Source of the DNA: Alteromonas naphthalenivorans | GTDB lineage: Bacteria > Babelota > Babeliae > Babelales > CAIQNR01 | Length of the DNA stretch: 64,000 nt | Assembly: GCA_047631715.1 (NCBI GenBank) | Contig: JBLICC010000001.1 | Span: 1-64,000, forward strand | Direction of reading: 5' to 3' | Part shown: one piece after another, positions 39,210-50,700 of the stretch | Numbering within the stretch: the stretch's first letter is position 1 | Layout of the letters: each line of letters starts with the position of its first letter | Program-made: the position numbers and the translations under genes | The notes under the pieces: generated by a model | The model's database searches: none | Seen by the model: only the letters and a program-made list of their open reading frames with translations | Told to the model about the DNA's origin: nothing

Positions 39210-40307
39210 TTAAAGTCCTAACTCTTTTAAGAACTCTTCTAGTTCGGTTCTTTGAGATGGGTTTCTATTTTTTAAAACATCTTCTTTTGTTCTTTGTTCT
39301 GTTAAAATTAAATTTAATAATTCTTCTTTCTTTTCTTGGCTTAGTGGAGTTGTTGCAGGTGCCGCAGCAGATGCAGCTTGGATGGCTACTGCTTTAGGGT
39401 TAATAGGTTTTGCTAGTGGGCAAGCTTGGCAAGAAAGTGTTTCATCAATAGTTATTTTTGCGTTAGTAGTTAACTTAAATAGTATAGCTCCGGCTTCTTT
39501 TTGGTTTGCCATTAAACTTACAATACTTTGTTTTTTATTTTGTTTTGCTGTTTTTTCTAAAGTTGCTTGTAAGGTGTTAAAAACTTTTACTATTCCATGA
39601 TTACCGTTTGGTGGATCTGCAAGAGCAAAAACAATGTTGGTGTTCTTTGTATCTTCAAGAAGTGATTCTTCAAAATCTTTACTCGAAGGAATAGGTATAA
39701 TTTTTGTATACCCTGTATCTTTTTTTAGTTTTTCTAAAGATTTCTGTACGTTTGCAGCAGTATATTGTGATTCATAAAGAGTATCTATCAAATATATATA
39801 TATGTTTTCATTTTTTATACCTAATTTTGATAAAGCGGAAAGGTATAAACTGTCTTGCAATAAGTATCCAGAACCTAAACTAATATAAGAAAGGGAGTCT
39901 TTTTGTTCGCATGTATGAATCGTTTGCAATGTCATAATAAGAGCATTATAAACACGTTGCGGAATTCCAATACAATTACAGGAAAATAATTGTGGACCTG
40001 CTCCGGAAATGAATTTTCCTGAAGGAGTTAAGTTTTTTGCACCTATTTGTTTAAATAGAAATTGTATAAGAGTGCTGAGTGATTTGTTTTTATCTTTAAA
40101 GTAATCGGTTTTGTGTAACGTATTTATCTGATTTTGTTCAGAGGCGCTATTAAGCGCATGATACAGTTCTTCTGGATTAAGATTATGTTCCCCGTGTTCT
40201 TTTGATAGTACATAGTGGTTAAGTTGAGCAACGTCTCTTTTATTGAGTGCTGCATGAGCTACAAAAGGTAGTGTTAGTAGTAAACTTAAAAATAGTTTTT
40301 TCATCAT
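39210..40307 (-). CDS. Secreted hypothetical protein, possible SAM-methyltransferase-like fold
   Basis: Signal peptide ending AHA; YISLGSG..QD and IYLID motifs. Confidence 0.6.
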   Translation of the reverse strand: MMKKLFLSLLLTLPFVAHAALNKRDVAQLNHYVLSKEHGEHNLNPEELYHALNSASEQNQINTLHKTDYFKDKNKSLSTLIQFLFKQIGAKNLTPSGKFISGAGPQLFSCNCIGIPQRVYNALIMTLQTIHTCEQKDSLSYISLGSGYLLQDSLYLSALSKLGIKNENIYIYLIDTLYESQYTAANVQKSLEKLKKDTGYTKIIPIPSSKDFEESLLEDTKNTNIVFALADPPNGNHGIVKVFNTLQATLEKTAKQNKKQSIVSLMANQKEAGAILFKLTTNAKITIDETLSCQACPLAKPINPKAVAIQAASAAAPATTPLSQEKKEELLNLILTEQRTKEDVLKNRNPSQRTELEEFLKELGL

Positions 40308-40382
40308 TTTAACCTCCATGGTTATTTATATTGTTTAAAAATAAGCACATAAGTAATTAAACTCATGTGCTTATTTTAATTC

Positions 40383-41372
40383 TTATTTATTATCTTTTTG
40401 TATAGTCATTTTTGCTCCTGTAACCTTTGGCTTCGCTGGATATTTATTATCTTGTTGTATAGTCATTTTTGCTCCTGTGAGATGATATTGTTCTCTTTCA
40501 GGCATCTCAGTTAGGCGGTCCGTTTGATATTCGCCATAAACAGCATGAGTAGATGTTATATTTTTAGGTTGAGCTTGATTGTATCTCTTCCAAGCTTTAG
40601 TACCTTTCATAAGTGCTTTAAGAGATTTTGATACCTCTAAAGCATTTTGGTATGCCTTCCAAATAAGGTTTTTATGTAATGCTTTTCTTGCAACTGCATA
40701 TGTTGGATGTGCTTGTTTATATGCTGCAAATTCGGTTGGATTCATTAAGCTTCCATTTATATTAGCAAGTCCTGTTCCTACATCATTACGTTTATGTGTT
40801 GTTTTTATAAGTGGTTGATCTTCTTGATTTTGACACATACAAGTTATGTGAGATTTGGTACATGAACAGTTATAGCATGTTTTTTTATAGCTACCTTTAA
40901 CGCACTGTGTACCTTTGGTTTGTTGTAGTAATGTTTCTAGAATTGTATCTGGATTTGGTATTTCTACTGATGTATCGATAGGATCAATCGCATCGGCTTT
41001 TGTTTTAATTCCTATTGGGTTCGGTTTTGTTACATCAGCACATGCACATGTTCTTCCTTTAACTTTACCTTTAGTAGTTTGATCTTGCATTCCTGAGGTC
41101 CATGTTTTGCCTATTTTTTTACATGCGGCGTTACAGGTATTTTTTGAACATGGATAACTAGCATAAGATTTTCCAGAACTTTGCTCTATCTTATTACACT
41201 TCATGCCAATAGAAACGTGTGTAAAATTACTATAAGGATTAACATAAGGTTTAGAGGGATGTGCTTTTAAATATGCACGTTCTGCTGGGGATTGATAAAC
41301 AGGTCCATGTGGTGCGGGCATTTTGTTTGCTACCAGTAATAGTGCGATTCCTAATATAAGTTTCTTCATCAT
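40383..41372 (-). CDS. Secreted Cys-rich protein with a cyanovirin-N (CVNH)-like repeat
   Basis: GSYKKTCYNC..ITCMC..LANINGSL matches the CVNH pattern; N-terminal C..AC...W..C.C module; duplicated C-terminal TGAKMTIQ.DNK. Confidence 0.65.
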   Translation of the reverse strand: MMKKLILGIALLLVANKMPAPHGPVYQSPAERAYLKAHPSKPYVNPYSNFTHVSIGMKCNKIEQSSGKSYASYPCSKNTCNAACKKIGKTWTSGMQDQTTKGKVKGRTCACADVTKPNPIGIKTKADAIDPIDTSVEIPNPDTILETLLQQTKGTQCVKGSYKKTCYNCSCTKSHITCMCQNQEDQPLIKTTHKRNDVGTGLANINGSLMNPTEFAAYKQAHPTYAVARKALHKNLIWKAYQNALEVSKSLKALMKGTKAWKRYNQAQPKNITSTHAVYGEYQTDRLTEMPEREQYHLTGAKMTIQQDNKYPAKPKVTGAKMTIQKDNK

Positions 41373-41455
41373 TCTAACCTCCAAGGTTATTTTGAGTTTA
41401 AAAGCATGCGAACTGTTCGCATATAATAGTTAGGATACTAAATTGGATGACTAAG

Positions 41456-41623
41456 AAGCAATAGTTTTATAGTCTAGAGCTTATATTAGAATGTATTAAG
41501 CTTATTTTTAAATTATACCTCCTATTGCTCTTTGTGTTCTACGGAATATCGAGGGCAATTTTTTTGATTTAAAATAAGCTTAAAATGCTTCGATATAAGC
41601 TTTAGGAAGTAAAGCTCTTGTTT
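41456..41623 (+). ncRNA. Candidate long rod-like hairpin RNA or structured UTR
   Basis: Extended imperfect inverted repeat with many G.U pairs on the + strand, apical cUACGg loop (41539-41544), ACCUCCU in a bulge. Confidence 0.45.
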
Positions 41624-41722
41624 TTGGTATTCCCGTTATGCTATCTTGAATATTCAAACTTATCATGGAGGTAAGTAAACAAACTTCTCCCAATTAAAAT
41701 AGTGGAGAAAAAGGAGGTTAGA

Positions 41723-42190
41723 ATGAAGAAGTTAATGTTAGCAGTGGCGCTTTTGTTTAGTGCGGTTGGTTCGGTACAAGCAGTGAGTAAAGCATCTACT
41801 AGCTGTAAATCTATCAATGCAGGACAATTATTTTGGGATACAAAAGACGCTCTTCCACATGATAAAAAAGGTGGATGTTATGCTGTATGTGCAAAACAAA
41901 AAGTAAATAAAAAAGTTAGTGGATGGTGGCAGGGACCCCATTCAAAAAATTCCTTAGCTAAATATACAATTTGTCAGTGTTGTGAGGTAGCAAAAACTAT
42001 ACCTGTAAAAACAGAACAAGTTTTTTTAACTGCAAGTGATAGAGACCCTGCTACTCCATCAGATAGAAAAGGTGGATGTTATGCTGTATGTGCAAAACAA
42101 AAAAAATATAAGTTTTATAAAGGTAATTGGAGTAAGAATAAGAGTAAGAAAGGCTCTGTTTGTCAGTGTACGAATGTAAAACCTAAATAA
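41723..42190 (+). CDS. Secreted two-repeat mannan-binding lectin (MVL-like)
   Basis: AGQLFW..DA..CYAVC..GWW..ICQC and a second CYAVC..GNW..SVCQC repeat; signal peptide; AGGAGG RBS. Confidence 0.65.
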   Translation: MKKLMLAVALLFSAVGSVQAVSKASTSCKSINAGQLFWDTKDALPHDKKGGCYAVCAKQKVNKKVSGWWQGPHSKNSLAKYTICQCCEVAKTIPVKTEQVFLTASDRDPATPSDRKGGCYAVCAKQKKYKFYKGNWSKNKSKKGSVCQCTNVKPK

Positions 42191-45100
42191 TTACGTTTGT
42201 AATTGAACTTTAATATTAAATTGCTCTAGCTGTTCTATTATTGGAATGTCTAGGGCAATTGTTTTTTTAGTCCGTAATGTTAATGATTTTCCATTTTCAT
42301 GAAACGCAATATGCAATGGAGCTTTGCCTTTGGGTAACAGCTCCTGAATTTTTTCTATGTCAGGAATATCTGTAATAGGCAATTGAAGGGTGATAGAAGT
42401 GAATTGCTTCCATTCTTGAAAGAACAGCTCTATAGGCACCATCTCGCTTGCCAAAATTTTGCATTTTCCAGGGCTGCCTAAATCTGCATTACCTTTAACA
42501 ACGAATACTGTGTATTCATCAAGCCATGCTTCTATCTTTTTAAAGACCGATGGAAACACTACAATCTCTGCGGTTGAACTGTAATCTTCTATTTGTACAA
42601 ACGCCATGCGATCACCTTTTTTGGTGTTGATTACACGTTTGCCTTTGATGAGTCCAAAACCTGCAATGGGAATATCTCTAAGGGTGTTTACCTGTTTTGC
42701 TTTTTCGTGCGAAACGGCAAAGGGTTGCATAGTTAAACGTTTGAGTTGTTTTTTGTAACCATCAAGTGGATGGGCACTTAAATAAAAGCCAACAACGTCT
42801 AATTCTTTTGCTAATTTTTCTTTATCTGTCCAGGGTGCAAGTGGTTGAAACACATAGGGTTTTAATCTTCCGGCAGCAACATCGGGAGTATCGAATAATC
42901 CCATTTGGCCAGTTAAAAGCGCATGCTTTCTTTCTACTGCAGTTTCGATAATAATAGAAAACTCTGCAGACTGTTGTGCACGGTTTCCTGGAAGAGTATC
43001 GAATGCTCCAGCATAAGTAAGATGCTCAAGAACACGTTTGTTTACGGTACGCAAATCAACACGTACACATAAATCTAAAAGATCGGCGAATGGTTTTTCT
43101 TTTCGTTGCTCAATAATATTATGCAATGCAGAAAGACCAACATTTTTTATACCTTGAAGACCAAATAAAATTTTTCCATTATGTGCACTAAAATTAACAT
43201 CTGATTTATTAATGTTAGGTGGCAGAATTTCTATCTCCATTTGCTTTGCTTCTTCTAGATAAAAAGAAAGCTTTTCAGCATTGGTTGATTCGAGCGAAAG
43301 TAAACAAGCCATAAATTCTGTAGGGTAATTAGCTTTTAAGTAGGCGGTTTGATAGGCAATAAGTGCATAGGCTGCAGAATGTGATTTGTTAAAACCATAC
43401 CCGGCAAAAAAGGCCATAAGATCAAAAAGTTCTTTTGCTTTTTTTGGATCAACATTTAATATTTCTGATTTTTCTACAAATATTTTTGCCTGCTCAACCA
43501 TGACTTCTACTTTTTTCTTACCCATGGCTCGACGCAAAATATCCGCTTCTCCAAGAGAGTATCCGGCTACGATAGAAGCAATCTTCATAACCTGTTCTTG
43601 GTACACAATAACACCATAGGTTTCTTCAAGAACTTCTTCTAGTTGCGGCAATAAATAGGTAACTTTTTGGCGTCCATGTCGACGCTCGATATAATCATCT
43701 ACCATGCCAGATCCTAATGGACCAGGTCGATACAAAGCGTTTACTGCAATAATGTCTTCGAACTTATCCGGATGCAATTTTCGCAATACTTCTTTTAATC
43801 CGTCAGATTCTAATTGGAACACGCCAGAAGTATTACCTGCACAAATGAGTTCAAATGTTTTTTCGTCATCAAGAGGCAACATATCAATGTCGATTGTTAC
43901 ACCATGATTTTTTTCGATCATTTTAACAGTGCGGTCGATCAGTGTAAGTGTTTTGAGACCTAGAAAATCCATCTTTAAGTAACCGATGCTTTCTAGTTCT
44001 GTCATGGCATATTGCGTTACCAAGTCATCTGATTTTGCAGGGATATAGACAGGTAATACATCGTCAATACGATAGGGAGAAATAACAATACCCGCAGCAT
44101 GTTTAGATGCGTGGCGTGTTAAACCTTCTAAGCGCTCGGCAACTTCAAAAAGATGTGCAACTTGTGGATTACCGTCGATCATATCTTGTAATCGAGGTTC
44201 TTGTTCTTTTGCTTCTTTAAGAGAAATGTTTAATTGGTTTGGTATTAAACTGGTAAGTGCGTTGGCATCTTCAAAAGGTATCGAGAGTACACGAGCAACA
44301 TCTTTTAAGACGCCTTTTGCCATCATGGTACCAAAGGTAATGATTTGGCAAACTTTATCGTGTCCGTAGAATTCTCGTACATAATCGATAACTTTTTCTC
44401 GGCCTTCGATACAAAAATCGATATCGATATCAGGCATCGACACACGTTCGGGATTTAGAAATCGCTCAAAAAGTAAATTGTATTTGAGTGGATCGATATT
44501 GGTAATTTGCAATGCCCAGGCAACAAGTGCACCTGCAGCAGACCCACGACCAGGACCAACAGGTATTTTTTCTTTTTTTGCCCATTGAATAAAATCACCT
44601 ACTACCAAGAAGTAACCAACATAACCCATTTTTATAATTAATTTTATTTCTAGATCAAGACGTTCGTGATATTTTTCTCGTTCTTGCTCGGCAATAAAAC
44701 CTTTTTGAAACAAGAGCTCTAAGCCTTGTTTACATAAATGTATAAAGTACGATTCTTCTGTGTACTGTTCAGGAACCGGAAAGTTTGGAAAGTGTAGTTT
44801 TCCCATTTCAAATTCAAAGTTGCACATGTCAGCAATTTTACCTGCATTCCAAATTGCGCTTGGATGATCTTTAAATTCTTCGATCATTTGATCGGGAGTG
44901 CGCATGTAGGTTCTGCAATCACCAAATGTAAATCTGCCAGGATCACTTAATTTTCCATGTGTTTGGATATTGAGCATCACCTCGTGTGCTTCGTGATCAG
45001 CCAAAGTAGGATAGTGGCAATCACCGGCTGCAAGTAAATTGAGATCGCGTTCTTTGGCAAGAGCATATAAATTTTGATTTAACGTTACTTGTTCTTCTTG

Positions 45101-45631
45101 GTCTTCTGGTTGTACTTCTAGATAAAATCTCTCTTTGCCAAAAACGTCTAAGAACCAATCGATCTGTTTATGTACACCTTCGATGTCATTACGTTTATAC
45201 AGTTGTGCAATATGCCCACCCAAGCAAGCTGTGGTAACAATAAGGCCTTCTGAATGTTTTTTTAGAATTTTATAGTCGATACGAGGTTTAAAATAAAAAC
45301 CTTCATTAAAGGAGAATGCAATAAGTTTACAGAGATTTTTATAACCAATTTCGTTCTGAACCAAAATGATCATGTGATAGTATCTGTTATCAGTAGATCG
45401 AACGGCAGCATCTTCTGTAATATATGCTTCCATGCCAAGAATAGGTTTAATTCCTGCCTTTTTACATTTTTGGAAAAACTTTACTGCACCAAAAATATTA
45501 CCATGGTCAGTAATGGCCAAGGCTTTTAAATTGTGTTCTTTTCCAAATTCAATGAGTCGATCAAGTTTGATTGCGCCATCAAGAAGGGAAAATTCTGTAT
45601 GAAGGTGAAGGTGAGTAAAATGTTGTTCCAT
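42191..45631 (-). CDS. dnaE: DNA polymerase III alpha subunit
   Basis: HLHLHTEFSLLDG PHP domain, GPGRGSAAG, PDIDIDF, GFNKSH. Confidence 0.98.
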   Translation of the reverse strand: MEQHFTHLHLHTEFSLLDGAIKLDRLIEFGKEHNLKALAITDHGNIFGAVKFFQKCKKAGIKPILGMEAYITEDAAVRSTDNRYYHMIILVQNEIGYKNLCKLIAFSFNEGFYFKPRIDYKILKKHSEGLIVTTACLGGHIAQLYKRNDIEGVHKQIDWFLDVFGKERFYLEVQPEDQEEQVTLNQNLYALAKERDLNLLAAGDCHYPTLADHEAHEVMLNIQTHGKLSDPGRFTFGDCRTYMRTPDQMIEEFKDHPSAIWNAGKIADMCNFEFEMGKLHFPNFPVPEQYTEESYFIHLCKQGLELLFQKGFIAEQEREKYHERLDLEIKLIIKMGYVGYFLVVGDFIQWAKKEKIPVGPGRGSAAGALVAWALQITNIDPLKYNLLFERFLNPERVSMPDIDIDFCIEGREKVIDYVREFYGHDKVCQIITFGTMMAKGVLKDVARVLSIPFEDANALTSLIPNQLNISLKEAKEQEPRLQDMIDGNPQVAHLFEVAERLEGLTRHASKHAAGIVISPYRIDDVLPVYIPAKSDDLVTQYAMTELESIGYLKMDFLGLKTLTLIDRTVKMIEKNHGVTIDIDMLPLDDEKTFELICAGNTSGVFQLESDGLKEVLRKLHPDKFEDIIAVNALYRPGPLGSGMVDDYIERRHGRQKVTYLLPQLEEVLEETYGVIVYQEQVMKIASIVAGYSLGEADILRRAMGKKKVEVMVEQAKIFVEKSEILNVDPKKAKELFDLMAFFAGYGFNKSHSAAYALIAYQTAYLKANYPTEFMACLLSLESTNAEKLSFYLEEAKQMEIEILPPNINKSDVNFSAHNGKILFGLQGIKNVGLSALHNIIEQRKEKPFADLLDLCVRVDLRTVNKRVLEHLTYAGAFDTLPGNRAQQSAEFSIIIETAVERKHALLTGQMGLFDTPDVAAGRLKPYVFQPLAPWTDKEKLAKELDVVGFYLSAHPLDGYKKQLKRLTMQPFAVSHEKAKQVNTLRDIPIAGFGLIKGKRVINTKKGDRMAFVQIEDYSSTAEIVVFPSVFKKIEAWLDEYTVFVVKGNADLGSPGKCKILASEMVPIELFFQEWKQFTSITLQLPITDIPDIEKIQELLPKGKAPLHIAFHENGKSLTLRTKKTIALDIPIIEQLEQFNIKVQLQT

Positions 45632-45673
45632 AGTTGTTCTAGTTTACGCGAGTGAAATTTTAGCGCAATAGTT

Positions 45674-47749
45674 TTATCGTAATTCTATAAAGTTTATACT
45701 TGTATCAACTCTACCAAGTGTACCGTTTTCTACACTGTTGGCAGTAAAGGTCATGTGACCTCCGGGGTTAATAATGGCAGCAGAAGGATCGGTATTTAAT
45801 GTTATTACGGTATCGCTTTTGGGGCTTAGAAGCACAGAACCAAGATACGTTCCACCAGTAAAAGATGTTGCAGAAGTATCGTACTCAACAGCAGAAAAAG
45901 GATTGGCGGCTGTATAGTTTGCTCCTACAAGGGTGGTGCCAACATACACGTTGTAACTTACTGTTTTTAAATGACTCGAAGCATAAAATCCCAAATTGAT
46001 TTTTGTGTACGTATTATTTATTTTACCATCGTGCACTAATTTGTTACGCAGCGTTATAACAGGAATTTCTGTATCATTTACAGTTTTATTACCTTTTATG
46101 CCTCCTCGTACACCTAGATAGGTTTCTTTACCATCTATAAATCCTGCAGATGACCCAGAGAAAATAGTTAAGTTTGAGGTGTTGGTTGTGTTAGATACGC
46201 TATAAAAAAGAGGAAGTTGTGGAATGGCGATGCTAGGGATTGTGTGCGCATTTGAGTATCTATCAATATGGGCTTTTTCTAAAACTCCTGTAAAGGGGTT
46301 TTCTATAGAATAGACAATTGCTCCAAAGCCAAGCCACTGCCAGTGAATTTGATAAATATTACCTTTGGTTGGATCGAGTGTTACGTTGCTATTACCTGTA
46401 CCATCAAATTTATCGATGTTCCAACTACTTTGTGGGGTAAATGCTTCTGAAGGGGAAGAACCAGTTACGGTTTGAGTAAAAGTTCCTTCGCAAGATGAGG
46501 CATTGGTAAGTGAGTAGGTACCCGTGTGGGTAGAAACTGCATCCCAAGATAGAAAAATAACCGTATCTCCTCGCGCTTGAGCTGTCCATCCTTTGCCAAC
46601 ATCTGTGTAATCTGCAGCAGCAATTTCGTTTGCTGTTATTGTGGCGTCACTAGAATTAGTTACAGAGACATTATTTTTTATAACATCATCAAGTGTAATG
46701 ATAATGGTTTCTTCGTCGGAAGAGGCTGTTGAGACAGTAAGTGTACGTACTTCGGGCGAGCCTCCGCTTCTTCTCATAACTCCAAAGACATCATCTTTAT
46801 AGCCAAAGAAAAAACCATTAGACTCGGTTCCTGCACCTATATATTGAGTTGATCCAGTTACTCCTGATGAAAAAATACCACTCATTCTACAAGATGATCC
46901 TTGACCAGGATTATAACTAATTCTACCAGTAGATACAGCGAGTGCGGATGAGTAAGGAGCGGCACCAGAAGACATTTTTAGCATGCTGTTTTCTGTGGTT
47001 ATAACTCCATTTTTATTTGCTTTAGAGGTAACAACTCCTGGATGAATGCCATACATGAAATCTAATTGTAAAATTGGTGTTAGTTCTGCTACTGCTATTT
47101 CTCCAAAAGCGGTATTTGAATTTTTAATATTAACAGACAGAGAATTATCTGATCCAATTAATACGTTTTCGTAATTGCCAGCGGGGTTTCTACCGGCGAT
47201 TACGGAACGCACATTTTCTATATCAGTTGTTGCAGTTAAACCTTCTTCTAATCTACCAGTTAAACCTTTTGAGGCTTGTCTATGAAAAAGAACTTGTAAT
47301 CTTAAAGCTGTTTGGTCGATTACTCCATTTGCGTAGCGCGCTCTAAAAAAGCGTGTTATAGGAATAACTGAATGAGGAGATTCTAAAGTAGGATCAATAA
47401 TAAATAATGTAGTTGAATTATCCCAATTAGTACCGTCGGGAGAAAATTCTAAATATAATGTACCCGTGGCGGTGCTTGGTTCGGCATGAAAATCGGTAGT
47501 AATCAAACTAAATTCTGATATATCTAACGTTTCGCTTACGTAGGTAGTGTTTGCAGCAAGTGGAGTTGTTTCAGGTGTATCATATAACATGTAGCCAAGA
47601 GAGCGCTTTATATCTGTGTTTTTAAGAATGTTTGATTCGGGTTCTTTTGCAGATGTTGAGGCAATTGTTTCTATTTTTTTTAGTGAAAGTTCTTTGCTGA
47701 ATGAGGTCGAGTAAAATGACAAACTTAAAAAAAGAAAAACCCAAATCAT
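45674..47749 (-). CDS. Secreted phage/virus-structural-like beta-sandwich protein (short paralog)
   Basis: Signal peptide; one FSPDG.NWD..FRARY.NG module plus TAFGE..YNPGQG..NGFFFGY..WQWLGFG domain shared with 47760..51404. Confidence 0.7.
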   Translation of the reverse strand: MIWVFLFLSLSFYSTSFSKELSLKKIETIASTSAKEPESNILKNTDIKRSLGYMLYDTPETTPLAANTTYVSETLDISEFSLITTDFHAEPSTATGTLYLEFSPDGTNWDNSTTLFIIDPTLESPHSVIPITRFFRARYANGVIDQTALRLQVLFHRQASKGLTGRLEEGLTATTDIENVRSVIAGRNPAGNYENVLIGSDNSLSVNIKNSNTAFGEIAVAELTPILQLDFMYGIHPGVVTSKANKNGVITTENSMLKMSSGAAPYSSALAVSTGRISYNPGQGSSCRMSGIFSSGVTGSTQYIGAGTESNGFFFGYKDDVFGVMRRSGGSPEVRTLTVSTASSDEETIIITLDDVIKNNVSVTNSSDATITANEIAAADYTDVGKGWTAQARGDTVIFLSWDAVSTHTGTYSLTNASSCEGTFTQTVTGSSPSEAFTPQSSWNIDKFDGTGNSNVTLDPTKGNIYQIHWQWLGFGAIVYSIENPFTGVLEKAHIDRYSNAHTIPSIAIPQLPLFYSVSNTTNTSNLTIFSGSSAGFIDGKETYLGVRGGIKGNKTVNDTEIPVITLRNKLVHDGKINNTYTKINLGFYASSHLKTVSYNVYVGTTLVGANYTAANPFSAVEYDTSATSFTGGTYLGSVLLSPKSDTVITLNTDPSAAIINPGGHMTFTANSVENGTLGRVDTSINFIELR

Positions 47750-47759
47750 AATAATCCTT

Positions 47760-50700
47760 TTATATTTTCTCTATAAAGTTAAGGCTTACATTTGCTTCTC
47801 CGCCAGATCCAGCTGAAGTTATACCAGTTATAGTAATATCATCTCCTGGTTGCAAAATTCCAGAAGCAGGATCGTTTACAAGTGAAATATATTCGTTTCC
47901 TGTTTTTCCTAATGCAAGTTTAAATAATAGAGTTCCTCCTGAAAATCCAGTAGCAGAAGTGTCTTTTTGAACAAGAGATGTATTAGTTTCTATATCAGCA
48001 AATGATGCTCCCACAAGATTAGAGTTTGCATAAAAGCCTAGAGTAATAGGTTTTGTATGGTCAACTGACATAGAGATAAAATTTAATTTTACGGGGTCTT
48101 TATTGATTTTACTATTATATAAAAAACTGTTGCGTATGCTTAAAATAGGGCTTTCTGTTGTATCAATAGTAGTAGTTGTGGCAGAAACGCCTCGTACCAC
48201 TCCAAAAGGGTTTGGTTTTCCTTCTATAAATCCCCCAATAGAACCAGATTTAAGAGTAAGATTTGTAGTGTTGCTATCATTTTTTACTTGATAAAAAAGT
48301 GGTAGAGTTGGGTTGTCTACACTTGGAGTTAGAGATGAATTTGAAAAGGCTTCAATATGGCATACCTCAAAATTACCTGTTGAAGCATTTTCTATAGCGT
48401 AGGTAATTGCTCCAAATCCTAACCATTGGTATCGTATTTGGTAAACATTTCCCTTAGTTGTATCAAGAGTTACTCCTCCAGATCCAGTACCATCAAATGT
48501 ATCAATACTCCAGTTGGCTTGTGATGTAAATGTATCGGTTGTACCGGTTCCAACAAGTGTTGATGCAAAAGTTCCAGCAGCACTTGTTACATTTGGATCA
48601 GCAAGTGAATAGGATCCTGGATGTGAAGAGCTATCCCATGAAAGGAATAATACAGTATCATTCACAGCTTTTGCTGTCCATCCTTTGCCAACATCACTAT
48701 AATCAGCAGCAGCAATTTCATTTGCAGTAACTGTTGTATCGGTACCACTGGTAACAGCAACGTCAGTTTTAATTTGGTTATCAAGTGTAATAGTTACATT
48801 GTCTGCTGAGGATGCTTTTGAGCTTACAGTGAGTGTTCTTACTTCGGGTTGCCCCCCTGTTCTTCTACATACACCAAATTCGGTACCTTGATAACCAAAG
48901 AAAAATCCATTTTGAGTATCTCCAATTCCTACGTATTGATAAGAGTTGGCAACACCAGTTGTATAAAGAGCGGTAAACCTACAAAGAGCTCCTTCTCCTG
49001 GAGTGTAGGTAACAGTGCTACGGGTTTGTGAAGTTGCACTAGATTCAGCAGCGGCTCCTGTTTGTAAGTTAATCATTCGATCTAATTGAGTGATTGCTCC
49101 GCTTTGATTTGTTCGGGAATCCATTCGAAGTGAATTTACATTATAGGCAAAATGTTCAACTACTTGTGCATGAGGTTGTGCAACTGCAAGTTCACCAAAT
49201 GCAGTTACCGACCCTTGTCCCTGAAGTTGTACACCGAGTGAATCATCAGGCCCAATTAATATATTTCTATAATCACCAGCTGAGTTTTTACCTACTAAAA
49301 CAGATCGGCTGAGTTGTGCTTCCGAATCATCAGTTAAGCCGGTGTTTAGTCTGACAGTGTCTAAAATTCCGTTTACTTTAAGCGTAGCTTCTAAATAAAA
49401 ATTTGCTTGTCCAGTGCCTCCATTTGTATATTTAACTCTAAAGCCATCTAAAGCGGTTGGTATTGTTATTTTTTTATAACCAGTGCTAATGTCTGTAGAG
49501 CTAAATGTATACAATCGAGTAAATTGAATGGTTTGGCCTGTTTGAACATCATCAGTAAATTGAACTTCAATACCGTTTGTTGCAGAAATAACATCAGTTG
49601 TGATGAAAAGTTCAATAAAATTGAAACCATCAGTATCGGTCCATGCAGAGGTGTAAATAGCATTTGCAATTAGTGTAGTGGTTCCATCACTTACATTGTT
49701 AAATGCACTACCATCTGCAGGTGTGTTTACAAAATCACCATCAGGTTGCTGACCAACTCCGATTGATCTTGTCAAGTTTGATGTCATTCCATTTACAATT
49801 GTTGAATTTAGTGTTAAAACTTGTGCCGATATAGATTTAGTATAAAATTCTGTTTCAAAGAAAAAATCTGTTGTGTCAGAAGACTGAGTATTTGCAAAGA
49901 TATATCTAACATAGGGACCAAAACTTGGTGCTCCTAAAAAGTCATAAGAATTAATAGTTGCGTAGGGAGGTGCTAATGTTCTGATGGTATCTGTTCCAGC
50001 AGAGTCTGAATACCATTGAAATCTCATTTGACCGGTATTTGAACATAAAATTTTTGTAGCTACTTCAGTGTATCCTTCTAATGTTAAAAGACCGCTTGAA
50101 TAAGCCCCACCAACTACAGCGGCTGAAGCATGAGTTGCGGCAGTGGTACCAAAAGCACCACGTTCACTGATAGTAAGTGAAGTAGTCCCAGTCTTAGCAG
50201 TATAAGCAATAAATTCAGTTCCAATATAAATATAACCACTAGCAGCAAAACCAGATACATCGGTAAAAAGAGTTTGGGCTCCAGTGGCTCCAGATGCTAA
50301 TTCTCCTGAAAGTGTTGTTCCACCTAAATTGGTAGTTGTTCTAAAAGCAGAACCATCTTGTTTTGTATTGGAATAAGCGCCTTGAGGTTCTTTACCCATA
50401 CCTATCGCTCTTACAATGGTACTGTCAGAATCATCCCCAACAGTTTGGTTTAATGGTAAGTTTCCTTGTCGAAATACCCCATAATAAGTGTTTACACGAA
50501 AACTAGTTGTTTTACTGGCAGAACCGTTTTCAAATCTTATTCTAAAATATCGTTTTCCTTTTACCGCTGTATGAAATTCATGAATATTTGCAGCTACAGT
50601 AAATCCCGTTACTGGAAAAGTATCCCAAAGTACCCCATCATTTGAAAAATCAAAATATTCAGTTCCTGCAGTATTACTTTTAAGACTTACCATCACATCT

